Below, in pieces: positions 1 through 11,700 of a stretch of 64,000 nucleotides of DNA. The notes under the pieces were generated by a model. That model was given only the letters and a program-made list of their open reading frames with translations, was not told where the DNA came from and ran no database searches. The stretch is from assembly GCA_043228905.1 (NCBI GenBank), contig JBHGNT010000007.1, forward strand, positions 8,246,001-8,310,000, written 5' to 3'. Origin of the DNA: Azolla caroliniana (lineage: Eukaryota; Plantae; Polypodiophyta). Positions within the stretch are counted from its first letter, which is position 1, and each line of letters starts with the position of its first letter. A program made the position numbers and the translations under genes.

Positions 1-103
1 TTAAAAAGATTTTGTATCACAATAGTCATTCGTTATATTTCATGGTGTTAAGACAATATTGGTCTAGTATTATTTCATTTCCCTAACCATTAAAGGTTTC
101 AAT

Positions 104-871
104 GGCTGTGGTGGTCGCGGCGAAAATCTTCTTCAGATTTTCCCACGCACCCTTCGGCGTCTTTGCATCCCAAACATAGCTCAATAGCTGTTCGCCCACA
201 CACGACACGAAGCAGTACAATACCGTGCTCGCCGATTGCTCCCACGACGGGAAGTCTCTGTGTGTCGATTCGGGTGCCGCGTCATTAGCTCCTTCGATAT
301 AACTCCAATAGCCGTGCCCGAGCAGGTACTGGTGCATCTTGTAGGACCAAGACGCGTAGTTGGTTCTGTCGAGCTTCTCTGTTGGAAGCGAGCTCGCCAT
401 GCCTCTATCCATCGTTCTTCTTGTTCTTCTTCGTCAAGATGTGTCGGCTGCAGAGAGGTTCTCAACCCTCACGCTCTGATACCATGTAGAAAGTAACGTG
501 CGGAAGAAAGTATGAAGACCAAACAGAAGGAAGGAAACTCAGGTTCAATGGAGAGCTTGAGCTTACGTAGTATACGCGGGAGAGACAGAGAGAGAAACAC
601 GAAAAACTATATTCAACAATAATACTCAATCTGTACATAAGACGTGCTTCAGTGAACACTTTTATACAAGTCCTAGAAGGACTGACCGAAGTACTGACAA
701 TACTTCAGTGCTCATTAAGAGCTCCTACACTAACTCCCAAATATATTCCTCACGGAATATCTTTCCTAACGACCTCCCGGTTTATGCACTCGGCCTAACC
801 GATCGGTCCCAACCGATCCGGTCCTCGGCTTCTTCAGCCGATTCGACCGATGTTGAGGTTGTCTCTCAACA
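104..871 (-). mobile_element. Truncated Ty1/Copia 5' end (LTR 485-871, PBS-Met 473-484, gag N-terminus); copies at 1432-2199, 2760-3527, 4088-4855
   Basis: Minus strand reads TGTTGAGAG...TTCTACA then TGGTATCAGAGC (tRNA-iMet PBS); ORF MASSLPTEKLDRTNYASWSYKMHQYLLGHG is a Copia gag start like those at 32272 and 46981. Confidence 0.92.
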
Positions 872-1183
872 AATCCATATATTCAAAGAACTCAAAAGAT
901 ACATGTGCTTCCTTAAAAAGATTTGTGTAAATTTAATTTTTATAACTAGTTTCATTTTTTTATTTATCTACTTAGTTTGGCCGTGTGGTTGAGGTTTGTG
1001 CCATACATCCCAAGAATTGATGGGATACATGTCATTGCTTCGAAAGATATTCTGTCACTATTGACATTGGTTATATTTCTTGGTTTGAAAACCATATTAG
1101 AAAAGTATTATTTAATTTTCCCTACCATTTAAACTTTATATTTAAATAAATTTTACAACTAGATTCAATTTAACCTTTATCTA

Positions 1184-1265
1184 GTCACTTTGGCCGAGTG
1201 GTTAAGGCGTGTGCCTGCTAAGTACATGGGGTCTCCCCGCGAGAGTTCGAATCTCTCAGGTGACG
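1184..1265 (+). tRNA. trnS-GCT: tRNA-Ser(GCT), intact
   Basis: GTCACTT/AGGTGAC acceptor, TGGCCGAGTGG A box, TGTGC-CT-GCT-AA-GTACA anticodon arm, long variable arm, GAGAG-TTCGAAT-CTCTC T arm. Confidence 0.95.
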
Positions 1266-2511
1266 ACTTCTTGCAAGACTGTGTTTCCATGCATCCAAAG
1301 AATAGATAGAAGGGATACATGTGATTGCTTAAAAAGATTTTGTATCACAATAGTCATTCGTTATATTTCATGGTGTTAAGACAATATTGGTCTAGTATTA
1401 TTTCATTTCCCTAACCATTAAAGGTTTCAATGGCTGTGGTGGTCGCGGCGAAAATCTTCTTCAGGTTTTCCCACGCACCCTTCGGCGTCTTTGCATCCCA
1501 AACATAGCTCAATAGCTGTTCGCCCACACACGACACGAAGCAGTACAATACCGTGCTCGCCGATTGCTCCCACGACGGGAAGTCTCTGTGTGTCGATTCG
1601 GGTGCCGCGTCATTAGCTCCTTCGATATAACTCCAATAGCCGTGCCCGAGCAGGTACTGGTGCATCTTGTAGGACCAAGACGCGTAGTTGGTTCTGTCGA
1701 GCTTCTCTGTTGGAAGCGAGCTCGCCATGCCTCTATCCATCGTTCTTCTTGTTCTTCTTCGTCAAGATGTGTCGGCTGCAGAGAGGTTCTCAACCCTCAC
1801 GCTCTGATACCATGTAGAAAGTAACGTGCGGAAGAAAGTATGAAGACCAAACAGAAGGAAGGAAACTCAGGTTCAATGGAGAGCTTGAGCTTACGTAGTA
1901 TACGCGGGAGAGACAGAGAGAGAAACACGAAAAACTATATTCAACAATAATACTCAATCTGTACATAAGACGTGCTTCAGTGAACACTTTTATACAAGTC
2001 CTAGAAGGACTGACCGAAGTACTGACAATACTTCAGTGCTCATTAAGAGCTCCTACACTAACTCCCAAATATATTCCTCACGGAATATCTTTCCTAACGA
2101 CCTCCCGGTTTATGCACTCGGCCTAACCGATCGGTCCCAACCGATCCGGTCCTCGGCTTCTTCAGCCGATTCGACCGATGTTGAGGTTGTCTCTCAACAA
2201 ATCCATATATTCAAAGAACTCAAAAGATACATGTGCTTCCTTAAAAAGATTTGTGTAAATTTAATTTTTATAACTAGTTTCATTTTTTTATTTATCTACT
2301 TAGTTTGGCCGTGTGGTTGAGGTTTGTGCCATACATCCCAAGAATTGATGGGATACATGTCATTGCTTCGAAAGATATTCTGTCACTATTGACATTGGTT
2401 ATATTTCTTGGTTTGAAAACCATATTAGAAAAGTATTATTTAATTTTCCCTACCATTTAAACTTTATATTTAAATAAATTTTACAACTAGATTCAATTTA
2501 ACCTTTATCTA

Positions 2512-2593
2512 GTCACTTTGGCCGAGTGGTTAAGGCGTGTGCCTGCTAAGTACATGGGGTCTCCCCGCGAGAGTTCGAATCTCTCAGGTGACG
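2512..2593 (+). tRNA. trnS-GCT: tRNA-Ser(GCT), intact
   Basis: Identical to 1184-1265. Confidence 0.95.
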
Positions 2594-3839
2594 ACTTCTT
2601 GCAAGACTGTGTTTCCATGCATCCAAAGAATAGATAGAAGGGATACATGTGATTGCTTAAAAAGATTTTGTATCACAATAGTCATTCGTTATATTTCATG
2701 GTGTTAAGACAATATTGGTCTAGTATTATTTCATTTCCCTAACCATTAAAGGTTTCAATGGCTGTGGTGGTCGCGGCGAAAATCTTCTTCAGATTTTCCC
2801 ACGCACCCTTCGACGTCTTTGCATCCCAAACATAGCTCAATAGCTGTTCGCCCACACACGACGCGAAGCAGTACAATACCGTGCTCGCCGATTGCTCCCA
2901 CGACGGGAAGTCTCTGTGTGTCGATTCGGGTGCCGCGTCATTAGCTCCTTCGATATAACTCCAATTGCCGTGCCCGAGCAGGTACTGGTGCATCTTGTAG
3001 GACCAAGACGCGTAGTTGGTTCTGTCGAGCTTCTCTGTTGGAAGCGAGCTCGTCATGCCTCTATCCATCGTTCTTCTTGTTCTTCTTCGTCAAGCTGTGT
3101 CGGCTGCAGAGAGGTTCTCAACCCTCACGCTCTGATACCATGTAGAAAGTAACGTGCGGAAGAAAGTATGAAGACCAAAGAGAAGGAAGGAAACTCAGGT
3201 TCAATGGAGAGCTTGAGCTTACGTAGTATACGCGGGAGAGACAGAGAGAGAAACACGAAAAACTATATTCAACAATAATACTCAATCTGTACATAAGACG
3301 TGCTTCAGTGAACACTTTTATACAAGTCCTAGAAGGACTGACCGAAGTACTGACAATACTTCAGTGCTCATTAAGAGCTCCTACACTAACTCCCAAATAT
3401 ATTCCTCACGGAATATCTTTCCTAACGACCTCCCGGTTTATGCACTCGGCCTAACCGATCGGTCCCAACCGATCCGGTCCTCGGCTTCTTCAGCCGATTC
3501 GGCCGATGTTGAGGTTGTCTCTCAACAAATCCATATATTCAAAGAACTCAAAAGATACATGTGCTTCCTTAAAAAGATTTGTGTAAATTTAATTTTTATA
3601 ACTAGTTTCATTTTTTTATTTATCTACTTAGTTTGGCCGTGTGGTTGAGGTTTGTGCCATACATCCCAAGAATTGATGGGATACATGTCATTGCTTCGAA
3701 AGATATTCTGTCACTATTGACATTGGTTATATTTCTTGGTTTGAAAACCATATTAGAAAAGTATTATTTAATTTTCCCTACCATTTAAACTTTATATTTA
3801 AATAAATTTTACAACTAGATTCAATTTAACCTTTATCTA

Positions 3840-3921
3840 GTCACTTTGGCCGAGTGGTTAAGGCGTGTGCCTGCTAAGTACATGGGGTCTCCCCGCGAGA
3901 GTTCGAATCTCTCAGGTGACG
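3840..3921 (+). tRNA. trnS-GCT: tRNA-Ser(GCT), intact
   Basis: Identical to 1184-1265. Confidence 0.95.
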
Positions 3922-5167
3922 ACTTCTTGCAAGACTGTGTTTCCATGCATCCAAAGAATAGATAGAAGGGATACATGTGATTGCTTAAAAAGATTTTGTA
4001 TCACAATAGTCATTCGTTATATTTCATGGTGTTAAGACAATATTGGTCTAGTATTATTTCATTTCCCTAACCATTAAAAGTTTCAATGGCTGCGGTGGTC
4101 GCGGCGAAAATCTTCTTCAGATTTTCCCACGCACCCTTCGGCGTCTTTGCATCCCAAACATAGCTCAATAGCTGTTCGCCCACACACGACGCGAAGGAGT
4201 ACAATACCGTGCTCGCCGATTGCTCCCACGACGGGAAGTCTCTGTGTGTCGATTCGGGTGCCGCGTCATTAGCTCCTTCGATATAACTCCAATTGCCGTG
4301 CCCGAGCAGGTACTGGTGCATCTTGTAGGACCAAGACGCGTAGTTGGTTCTGTCGAGCTTCTCTGTTGGAAGCGAGCTCGCCATGCCTCTATCCATCGTT
4401 CTTCTTGTTCTTCTTCGTCAAGCTGTGTCGGCTGCAGAGAGGTTCTCAACCCTCACGCTCTGATACCATGTAGAAAGTAACGTGCGGAAGAAAGTATGAA
4501 GACCAAAGAGAAGGAAGGAAACTCAGGTTCAATGGAGAGCTTGAGCTTACGCAGTATACGCGGGAGAGACAGAGAGAGAAACACGAAAAACTATATTCAA
4601 CAATAATACTCAATCTGTACATAAGACGTGCTTCAGTGAACACTTTTATACAAGTCCTAGAAGGACTGACCGAAGTACTGACAATACTTCAGTGCTCATT
4701 AAGAGCTCCTACACTAACACCCAAATATATTCCTCACGGAATATCTTTCCTAACGACCTCCCGGTTTATGCACTCGGCCTAACCGATCGGTCCCAACCGA
4801 TCCGGTCCTCGGCTTCTTCAGCCGATTCGGCCGATGTTGAGCTTGTCTCTCAACAAATCCATATATTCAAAGAACTCAAAAGATACATGTGCTTCCTTAA
4901 AAAGATTTGTGTAAATTTAATTTTTATAACTAGTTTCATTTTTTTATTTATCTACTTAGTTTGGCCGTGTGGTTGAGGTTTGTGCCATACATCCCAAGAA
5001 TTGATGGGATACATGTCATTGCTTCGAAAGATATTCTGTCACTATTGACATTGGTTATATTTCTTGGTTTGAAAACCATATTAGAAAAGTATTATTTAAT
5101 TTCCCCTACCATTTAAACTTTATATTTAAATAAATTTTACAACTAGATTCAATTTAACCTTTATCTA

Positions 5168-5249
5168 GTCACTTTGGCGGAGTGGTTAAGGCATGTGCCT
5201 GCTAAGTACATGGGGTCTCCCCGCGAGAGTTCGAATCTCTCAGGTGACG
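5168..5249 (+). tRNA. trnS-GCT: tRNA-Ser(GCT) variant with 2 substitutions in/next to the D arm
   Basis: GGCGGAG and GGCATG instead of GGCCGAG and GGCGTG. Confidence 0.8.
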
Positions 5250-5890
5250 ACTTCTTGCAAGACTGTGTTTCCATGCATCCAAAGAATAGATAGAAGGGAT
5301 ACATGTGATTGATTAAAAAGATTTTGTATCACAATAGTCATTCGTTATATTTCATGGTGTTAAGACAATATTGGTCTAGTATTATTTCATTTCCCTAACC
5401 ATTAAAGGTTTCAATTTAATTTTTATAACTAGTTTCATTATAATTTTTATCTGATTAGTTTGGCCGTGTGGTTGAGGTTTGTGCCTGATTTGTATATTGG
5501 GCCTCGCCGCGAGAGATCGAATCTCGCAGCTGACGACATCTTGTGAGACTATGTTTCCATATATCCAAAGAACTAAAAGCATACATGTGATTGCTTAAAA
5601 AGATTCAGGCCAATATTGTCATAGGTTATGTTTCTTGTTGTGAAAACAGATATAAGATACTACTATTTAATTTCCCTAAACATGAAAATTTCTCGCGAGT
5701 AGACTGTGTTTCCATACATCCTAAGAATTGATGGGATACATGTGATTGCTTCGAAAGATATTTTGTCACTATTGTCATTGGTTATATTTCCTGGTGTGAA
5801 AATCATATCAGAATAGTACTATTTAGTTTCCCTAACCGTTTAAACCTTATATTTAATTTATATATGTAGATTCAATTTAACCTTTATCCA

Positions 5891-5972
5891 GGCACTTTGG
5901 CCGAGTGGTTAAGGCGTGTGTCTGCTAAGTACATGGGGTCTCCCCGCGAGAGTTCGAATCTCTAAGGTAAGG
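5891..5972 (+). pseudogene. tRNA-Ser(GCT) pseudogene followed by an 80-bp duplication of its 3' part (5993-6072)
   Basis: Acceptor and T-stem mismatches (GGCACTT ... TCTAAGGTAAG). Confidence 0.85.
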
Positions 5973-6651
5973 ACTTCTTGCAAGAGTGTGATGGCGTGTG
6001 TTTGCTAAGTACATGGGGTCTCCCCGCGAGAGTTCGAATCTCTTAGGTAAGGACTTCTTGCAAGAGTGTGATCCAAAGAATTGAAAGGATACATGTGATT
6101 GCTTTGAAAGATTTTTTATCAATATAGTCATTGGTTTTATTTCATGCTGTGAAGACAATATCGGTGTAGTATTATTTCTTTTCCCTAAACATTTAAAATT
6201 TTAATTTAATTTTGATAACTAGTTTCATTTAAATTTTTATCTACTTAGTTTTGCCATGTGGTTGAGGTTTATGCTTGCTTTGACTATTGGGCGACACCGC
6301 GATATATCGAATCTCGCAGTTGACGACATCTTGCGAGACTGTGTTTTCATATATTCAAAGGACTCAAAAGATACATGTGCTTCTTTAAAAAGATTTCCGA
6401 CAATTTAACTTTTATAACTAGTTTCATTTTTTTATTTATCTACTTAGTTTGGCGGTGTGGTTGAGGTTTGTGCCATACATCCCAAGAATTGATGGGATAC
6501 ATGTCATTGCTTCGACAGATATTTTGTCACTATTGACATTGGTTATATTTCTTGGTGTGAAAACCATATCAGAATAATATTATTTAATTTCCCTAACCAT
6601 TAATACTTTTTATTTAAATTTTATAATTAGATTCAATTTAACTTTTATATA

Positions 6652-6733
6652 GCGGGTTTGGCCGAGTGGTTAAGGCGTGTGCCTACTAAGAACATGGGGT
6701 CTCCCCGCGAGAGTTCGAATCTCTCAGGTGACG
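6652..6733 (+). pseudogene. tRNA-Ser pseudogene (anticodon ACT, broken acceptor stem)
   Basis: 5' end GCGGGTT does not pair with AGGTGAC; CCT-ACT-AAGAAC. Confidence 0.85.
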
Positions 6734-7348
6734 ACTTCTTGCAAGACTGTGTTTCCATACATCCAAAGAATTGAAGGTATACATGTGATTGCTTGAAAAT
6801 ATTTTTTATCACTATAGTCATTGGTTATATTCAATTGTGTGAAGACAATATTTGTGTAGTACTATTTACTTTTCCTAAACATTTAAAGTTTCAATTTAAG
6901 TTTTATAGCTAGTTTCATTTTAATTTTAATCTACTTAGTTAGGCCATGTGGTTGAGGTTTGTGCCTGCTTTGGCTATTGGGCCAGGCCGCGAGATATCGA
7001 ATCTCGTATCTGACGACATCTTGCGAGACTGTGTTAAATCCATATATTCAAAGAACTCAAAAGATAGATACACTTCCTTAAAAAGATTTGTGTAAATTTA
7101 ATTTTTATAACTAGTTTCATTTTTTTATTTATCTACTCAGTTTGGCCGTGTGGTTGAGGTTTGAGCCATACATCCCCAGAATTGATGGGATACATGTCAT
7201 TGCTTCGAAAGATATTCTGTCACTATTGACATTGGTTATATTTCCTGGTGTGAAAACCATATCATAATAGTACTATTTAGTTTCCCTAACCGTTTAAACT
7301 TTATATTTAAATAAATTTTACAACTAGATTCAATTTAACCTTTATCCA

Positions 7349-7430
7349 GTCACTTTGGCCGAGTGGTTAAGGCGTGTGCCTGCTAAGTACATGGTTTCTC
7401 CCCGCGAGAGTTCGAATCTCTCAGGTGACG
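7349..7430 (+). tRNA. trnS-GCT: tRNA-Ser(GCT) with variable-arm substitutions
   Basis: Matches consensus except TGGTTTCTCCCC in the variable arm. Confidence 0.8.
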
Positions 7431-8041
7431 ACTTCTTGCAAGACTGTGTTTCCATACATCAAAAAAATTGAAGTCATACATGTGATTACTTTGAAAGATT
7501 TTTTATCACTATAGTCATTGGTTATATTTCATGGTGTGAAGACAATATCTGTGTAGTACTATTTACTTTCCCTAAACATTTAAAGTTTCAATTTAATTTT
7601 TATAACTAGTTTCATTTTAATTTTTATCTACTTAGTTTGGGCATGTGGTTGAGGTTTGTGCCTGCTTTGGCTATTGGGCCAAGCCGCGAGATATCGAATC
7701 TCGTATCTGACGATATCTTGCGAGACTATGTTAAATCCATATATTCAAAGAACTTAAAAGATAGATACACTTCCTTAAAAAGATTTGTGTAAATTTAATT
7801 TTTATAACTAGTTTCTTTTTTTTATTTATCTACTCAGTTTGGCCGTGTGGTTGAGGTTTGAGCCATACATCCCCAGAATTGATGGGATACATGTCATTGC
7901 TTCGAAAGATATTTTGTCACTATTGACATTGGTTATATTTCTTGGTGTGAAAACCATATCAGAATAGTACTATTTAGTTTCCCTAACCGTTTAAACTTTA
8001 TATTTAATTTATATAAGTAGATTCAATTTAAGCTTTATCTA

Positions 8042-8064
8042 GTCACTTTGGCCGAGTGGTTAAG
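8042..8064 (+). pseudogene. 5' piece of a tRNA-Ser gene split by the Gypsy insertion (3' piece 23651-23714)
   Basis: GTCACTTTGGCCGAGTGGTTAAG | LTR ... LTR | TTAAG GTGTGTGCCTGCTAAG. Confidence 0.95.
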
Positions 8065-8632
8065 TGTGTGCGATCTATGTATCGATGGAGTTAACTCCTC
8101 GATGTCGTTTGCGGAGCTCGGACCGGCGTATACCGTTTTGATGGCGAATCGGGCGGAGGTAGTTGTCGGGTACCTCCGAGCCTCACACTCACTTAACGGT
8201 TAATAGATTATTAAGCAAGATATCTCTTTCACTCTCTCAAGCTCTCTCTCATAGACAATAGATTAATAGACATAGGCAATAAGAAGGAAGAGTATGTTTA
8301 TTAACCCTCTTAGCTAAGAGGTCTAGCACCAACATGGAAGAGAGATTAGTGTTCTCGAATTAAACACTTCACTAATCTCTCTTAAGCTCAAGGGTTACAA
8401 GAAGGAGGAGAGGAAACTCTAGTTCTAATCAATAGGTGCTCTTTACAAATGGGAGACCCTCACAAAGCCACCACTAGGTGGTTTATATAGCATTCACATT
8501 TAGGGTATGGGCCTTTCACACTTGGGCATCCCTTAGCCTCTTTTCCTCTTCGTAGGTCCTTCAACGCTTACTACGTCCTTGTTGATGCGCTCTTCTTCAT
8601 GAATGGTATTGGTGCAATCCAAGCGCTTAATA
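8065..8632 (-). repeat. 3' LTR of the 15.6-kb Gypsy
   Basis: Direct repeat of 23083-23650, next to the PPT (TCCCCCCC on plus). Confidence 0.95.
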
Positions 8633-8763
8633 TCCCCCCCAACCTAATGAGTGCACACTCCCGGGTGCACCGTAGGAGGGGAGCTTGGGGCATCAGGGGC
8701 GAGAAGAATGGAGTAGGGGGGTTCGTCGGGGGGTGGTCGATGGCGAAGATGGTGGCGAAGGCG

Positions 8764-11700
8764 TCAGATGTTGAGGGGTGGTAAGCGAATGTCTTGCATT
8801 TGATCGGTCGTTGTGAAGAAGTCTTTCTTAGGGCCAACTATCCATGTGGAGGTGGTGTAGCTGGCGAAGTGAGAGGGGGGATTGCGACCAAAACTAATGT
8901 AAGGGGGAAAGAAGCGTGTATCGATCATGGTTTCAAAATCCCGTTTGTAGGTGGCGGGGAGCACATTGACATGGGTCCAGAGGCCGACCAACTGACGACG
9001 AGTGGGGCCTTTATTTAAATCGAACGCAAGACCCCACTTCGGGTGGCAGTGTCGTTTGAAGGCCGGGGTCTCATAAGGGCCAGCGTCAAGTAGTATGAGC
9101 AATAGTTGCAAGAAACGGAGGCTGGCTTGAATGTCAGGATCAGGGACGTCGAGGTAGGTACGGAGGAAACAACGCATGACGCGGATCATTCCAGCTTCCA
9201 TCGGGGATTCATGAGGCGGTTGTTGGAATACAGGCCAATTGAACCGGAGGGTGGGTAATCGTGCCTGGGCGGCGTGAAATTCGGGCCATGGCCAATGTCG
9301 CGGGAGGGGGAAAAGGAGGGGTTGGTGCGGATCTCAGAGGGGTGTAGGGAGAACCATTCCCTGAACGACGGTTGCGCGAACCATGGGAGTCGCCACGGGG
9401 GTTGAATGCCGGGGGGTTCAGTGAGTGGGTCCACTACTTGGTGGAGCCATCCCCGAGTTGAAGTGGGGTGGGTGGACGCCCAGGTAGACATCTTGTCGCG
9501 GTAAACATGGGGGTAAAGGAAAATATCAACCTGGGATTCAGAGGCGACTTCCGGGTAGTAGGTGTAGAGGTGAGTGAGCAGCAGGGGGGTTTCGCAGAAA
9601 TCAAACTCCCAGGGGATGGGTGCAGTTGATTGACAATCAAGGCGAGTGTCCCAACCTGTGCCTTGTTCGATGTAGTCGAGAGTGGCTTGGAGGCCATGGG
9701 TGAGTTGGTAGCGATCGACCAAGTCAGAGTAGAATGTCGCGGCATTGAAGCGGGCGCTAGTGTCGTGGAGGAGTGGAGGAATGGTGAAGACGGGTGGTGG
9801 GAGTTGTTGGTGGAGCATGAGGTGCGCGAGGGGGTGGTTGAAAGGAAGGGCTTTGTGGAGGATGGCGTCCGTGAACGCCCGACCTAGGTGTGTGGCGACC
9901 CGCGAGTGTAGGGGGACAGGATCAGCTGGTGGGGCGGTGGTCAGTGGGGAGGGACAGGGTTGAGTGAGGGGGGGTGTGCGAAAAGGGTTGCAGCCGAACA
10001 TGGGATGTGTAGGATCAGGTACGTGGTGTTCGCTGAGGTGGAAGAGGGTGGAAGAAGGGGGAGGTGGTGGCGAGGATGAGGTGTGATGAGGGGATGGGGG
10101 AGGTGGTGGCGGTGGCGGTGATGGGGTATGATTAGGGGGTGGAGGTGGGCGTGGGTGGTGGTCGGTATCGTCGGGTGAATCTGGGTCCCATTCTGGGTTG
10201 TTCTCGAGCGAGGGGCTGGCAGGATGCGGGGGTAGTAGTGCGCGGGCGCGAGCCTTCTCGAAGGTCATAAGTTGGTACTCACGAGAGATGTCGAGGTAGA
10301 GGGCTAACTCTCGGATGTCGTTTGCCTCGAGATCGGTGGTCCAGTTGAATGCTGCACATTCTATACTGAATATGTGGGTACGGACCCCGACGTCCCAGGT
10401 GGTTTGCCAAGCGCGGAGTAACCAAAGGAACCCCCAAGGGGAGATGTATGCATTAACGCTCTCGAGCATGGTGCGGTGGAGGGTGTCCGCGATGCAATGT
10501 AAGCGAATCAACGTGGTGAAGAGTTGGGTCAAGTGGTTGTCATTGACTTGCATCGTGATATCGGAAGGGTAAGTGAAACACACTAGGTCAGGTGTGTCCA
10601 AATCCGGGGTGATAGCGGTATGGAGGAAGGCCATGCCTTCGAGAAACAAGACTGGGAGGTGTTGGGGGAAGAGGTCGTCTGCCGGTGGCGGGGGTTCGGT
10701 GAAGGTGTCCTGGTACAACATAAAGAGCGCGAGTGCATGGTCGTCCAATCGGGGGGGGGGCACCTCGTCGAAGAACATGCGACGTGTAGCAGCTAACGAC
10801 CGAAGGACGCACGTGGCAGAGGCGAGGAGGTTACACGGTGTACGCGGGGCGGAGAAAAGTTCGGAGAGTTGGGATGTCGACGTCACATACACCGAAAGTG
10901 CCTGGATCATATTTGGCGGAACGGGCGAGGTAGGGGTGGTAGTGTCAGGTGAGCCCGAGATGAGGGCGTGCTCGAGGGTGGCATTAGTCGTACGGAGTTG
11001 GGTGATGTCCTTCTCGAGCTCGGCACACTGGGTGTGGTGTTTGATGAGGAGGCATCGATTGCGTTCATTGGCGACCTCCACTTGTTGAAGTAGAGCATCA
11101 TGTGCAACTTTCAGCGTTGTAAGCTCATTGGTGAGTGTGTGGGTCGTGGCTGTGGCGTGGGCTAGGGCCTCCGATTGTGCGGAGAGGTCCACCATCAGAG
11201 CTGCGAGTTGCGCCTCCGTTCGTTGGTGTAGTGTGGTGAGACGCCCGTATTCGGTAGAGAGTTTCGCGTGTGTCTGTGCTGCTTGTTCGTGGTCTTGGCG
11301 CCACGTTGTCTGGGCTTGAAGGAACTCTTCGGCGAGTTCGTGGCGTCGGCTTTGTTCAGCGATCAACTCTTGCTTGAGGAGGTCATAAGCGGCGGCTTGG
11401 CGCGCGTTGGTATGATGGGCGTTCCTTACTTCAGCGGCCAAGGCTTCGTTCCTAGTGTAGGCCTCCTGTCGTTCGTGAGCCGTCTGTTGGGCTTGCGCGT
11501 GCACTTGAAGTAGGTGGCGATTCATGACGGAAGTCATCTTGATGATGGTTGTCACCATGTCGGCTAAGGGTGTGGGCGTGTTGGGGGTGGTCATCAGGGT
11601 AGTATCGACGGTTGGTGGGGAGGAGATACCGGAGTGTGGAGACGAGAGTGGGTTAGGGTTCTCAGGAGGGAGAAATGGTGTCCTGACTTCTGGAGCGGGG

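Larger units (their letters stand above)
1..5414. repeat. Tandem array of a 1328-bp composite unit (Copia gag stub + PBS + LTR on minus; satellite spacer + tRNA-Ser on plus), 4 copies, probably continuing left of the window
   Basis: ORF starts recur at 83/1411/2739/4067 (period 1328); units differ by only a few SNPs. Confidence 0.97.
5168..8064 (+). repeat. tRNA-Ser-derived satellite, ~690-760-bp units, each with one tRNA-like copy and one strongly diverged copy (5454-5535, 6244-6325, 6934-7015, 7631-7712)
   Basis: Diverged copy TTTGGCCGTGTGGTTGAGG...GAGATCGAATCTCGCAGCTGACG aligns over 82 nt with the tRNA; flanks also homologous. Confidence 0.9.

Noticed and set aside
462-992. 65-aa and 94-aa ORFs repeated four times
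   Set aside because: Chance ORFs in LTR/satellite sequence, conserved only because the duplication is recent
6652-6733. tRNA-Ser with a novel ACT anticodon
   Set aside because: Acceptor and anticodon stems are also broken, so it is a pseudogene
5168-8064. CRISPR-like regular repeats
   Set aside because: Spacers are homologous to each other, repeats are tRNA-derived, and there are no cas genes
9186-11594. env gene call for the extra ORF
   Set aside because: No clear signal peptide or transmembrane anchor seen; coiled-coil and Pro-rich instead
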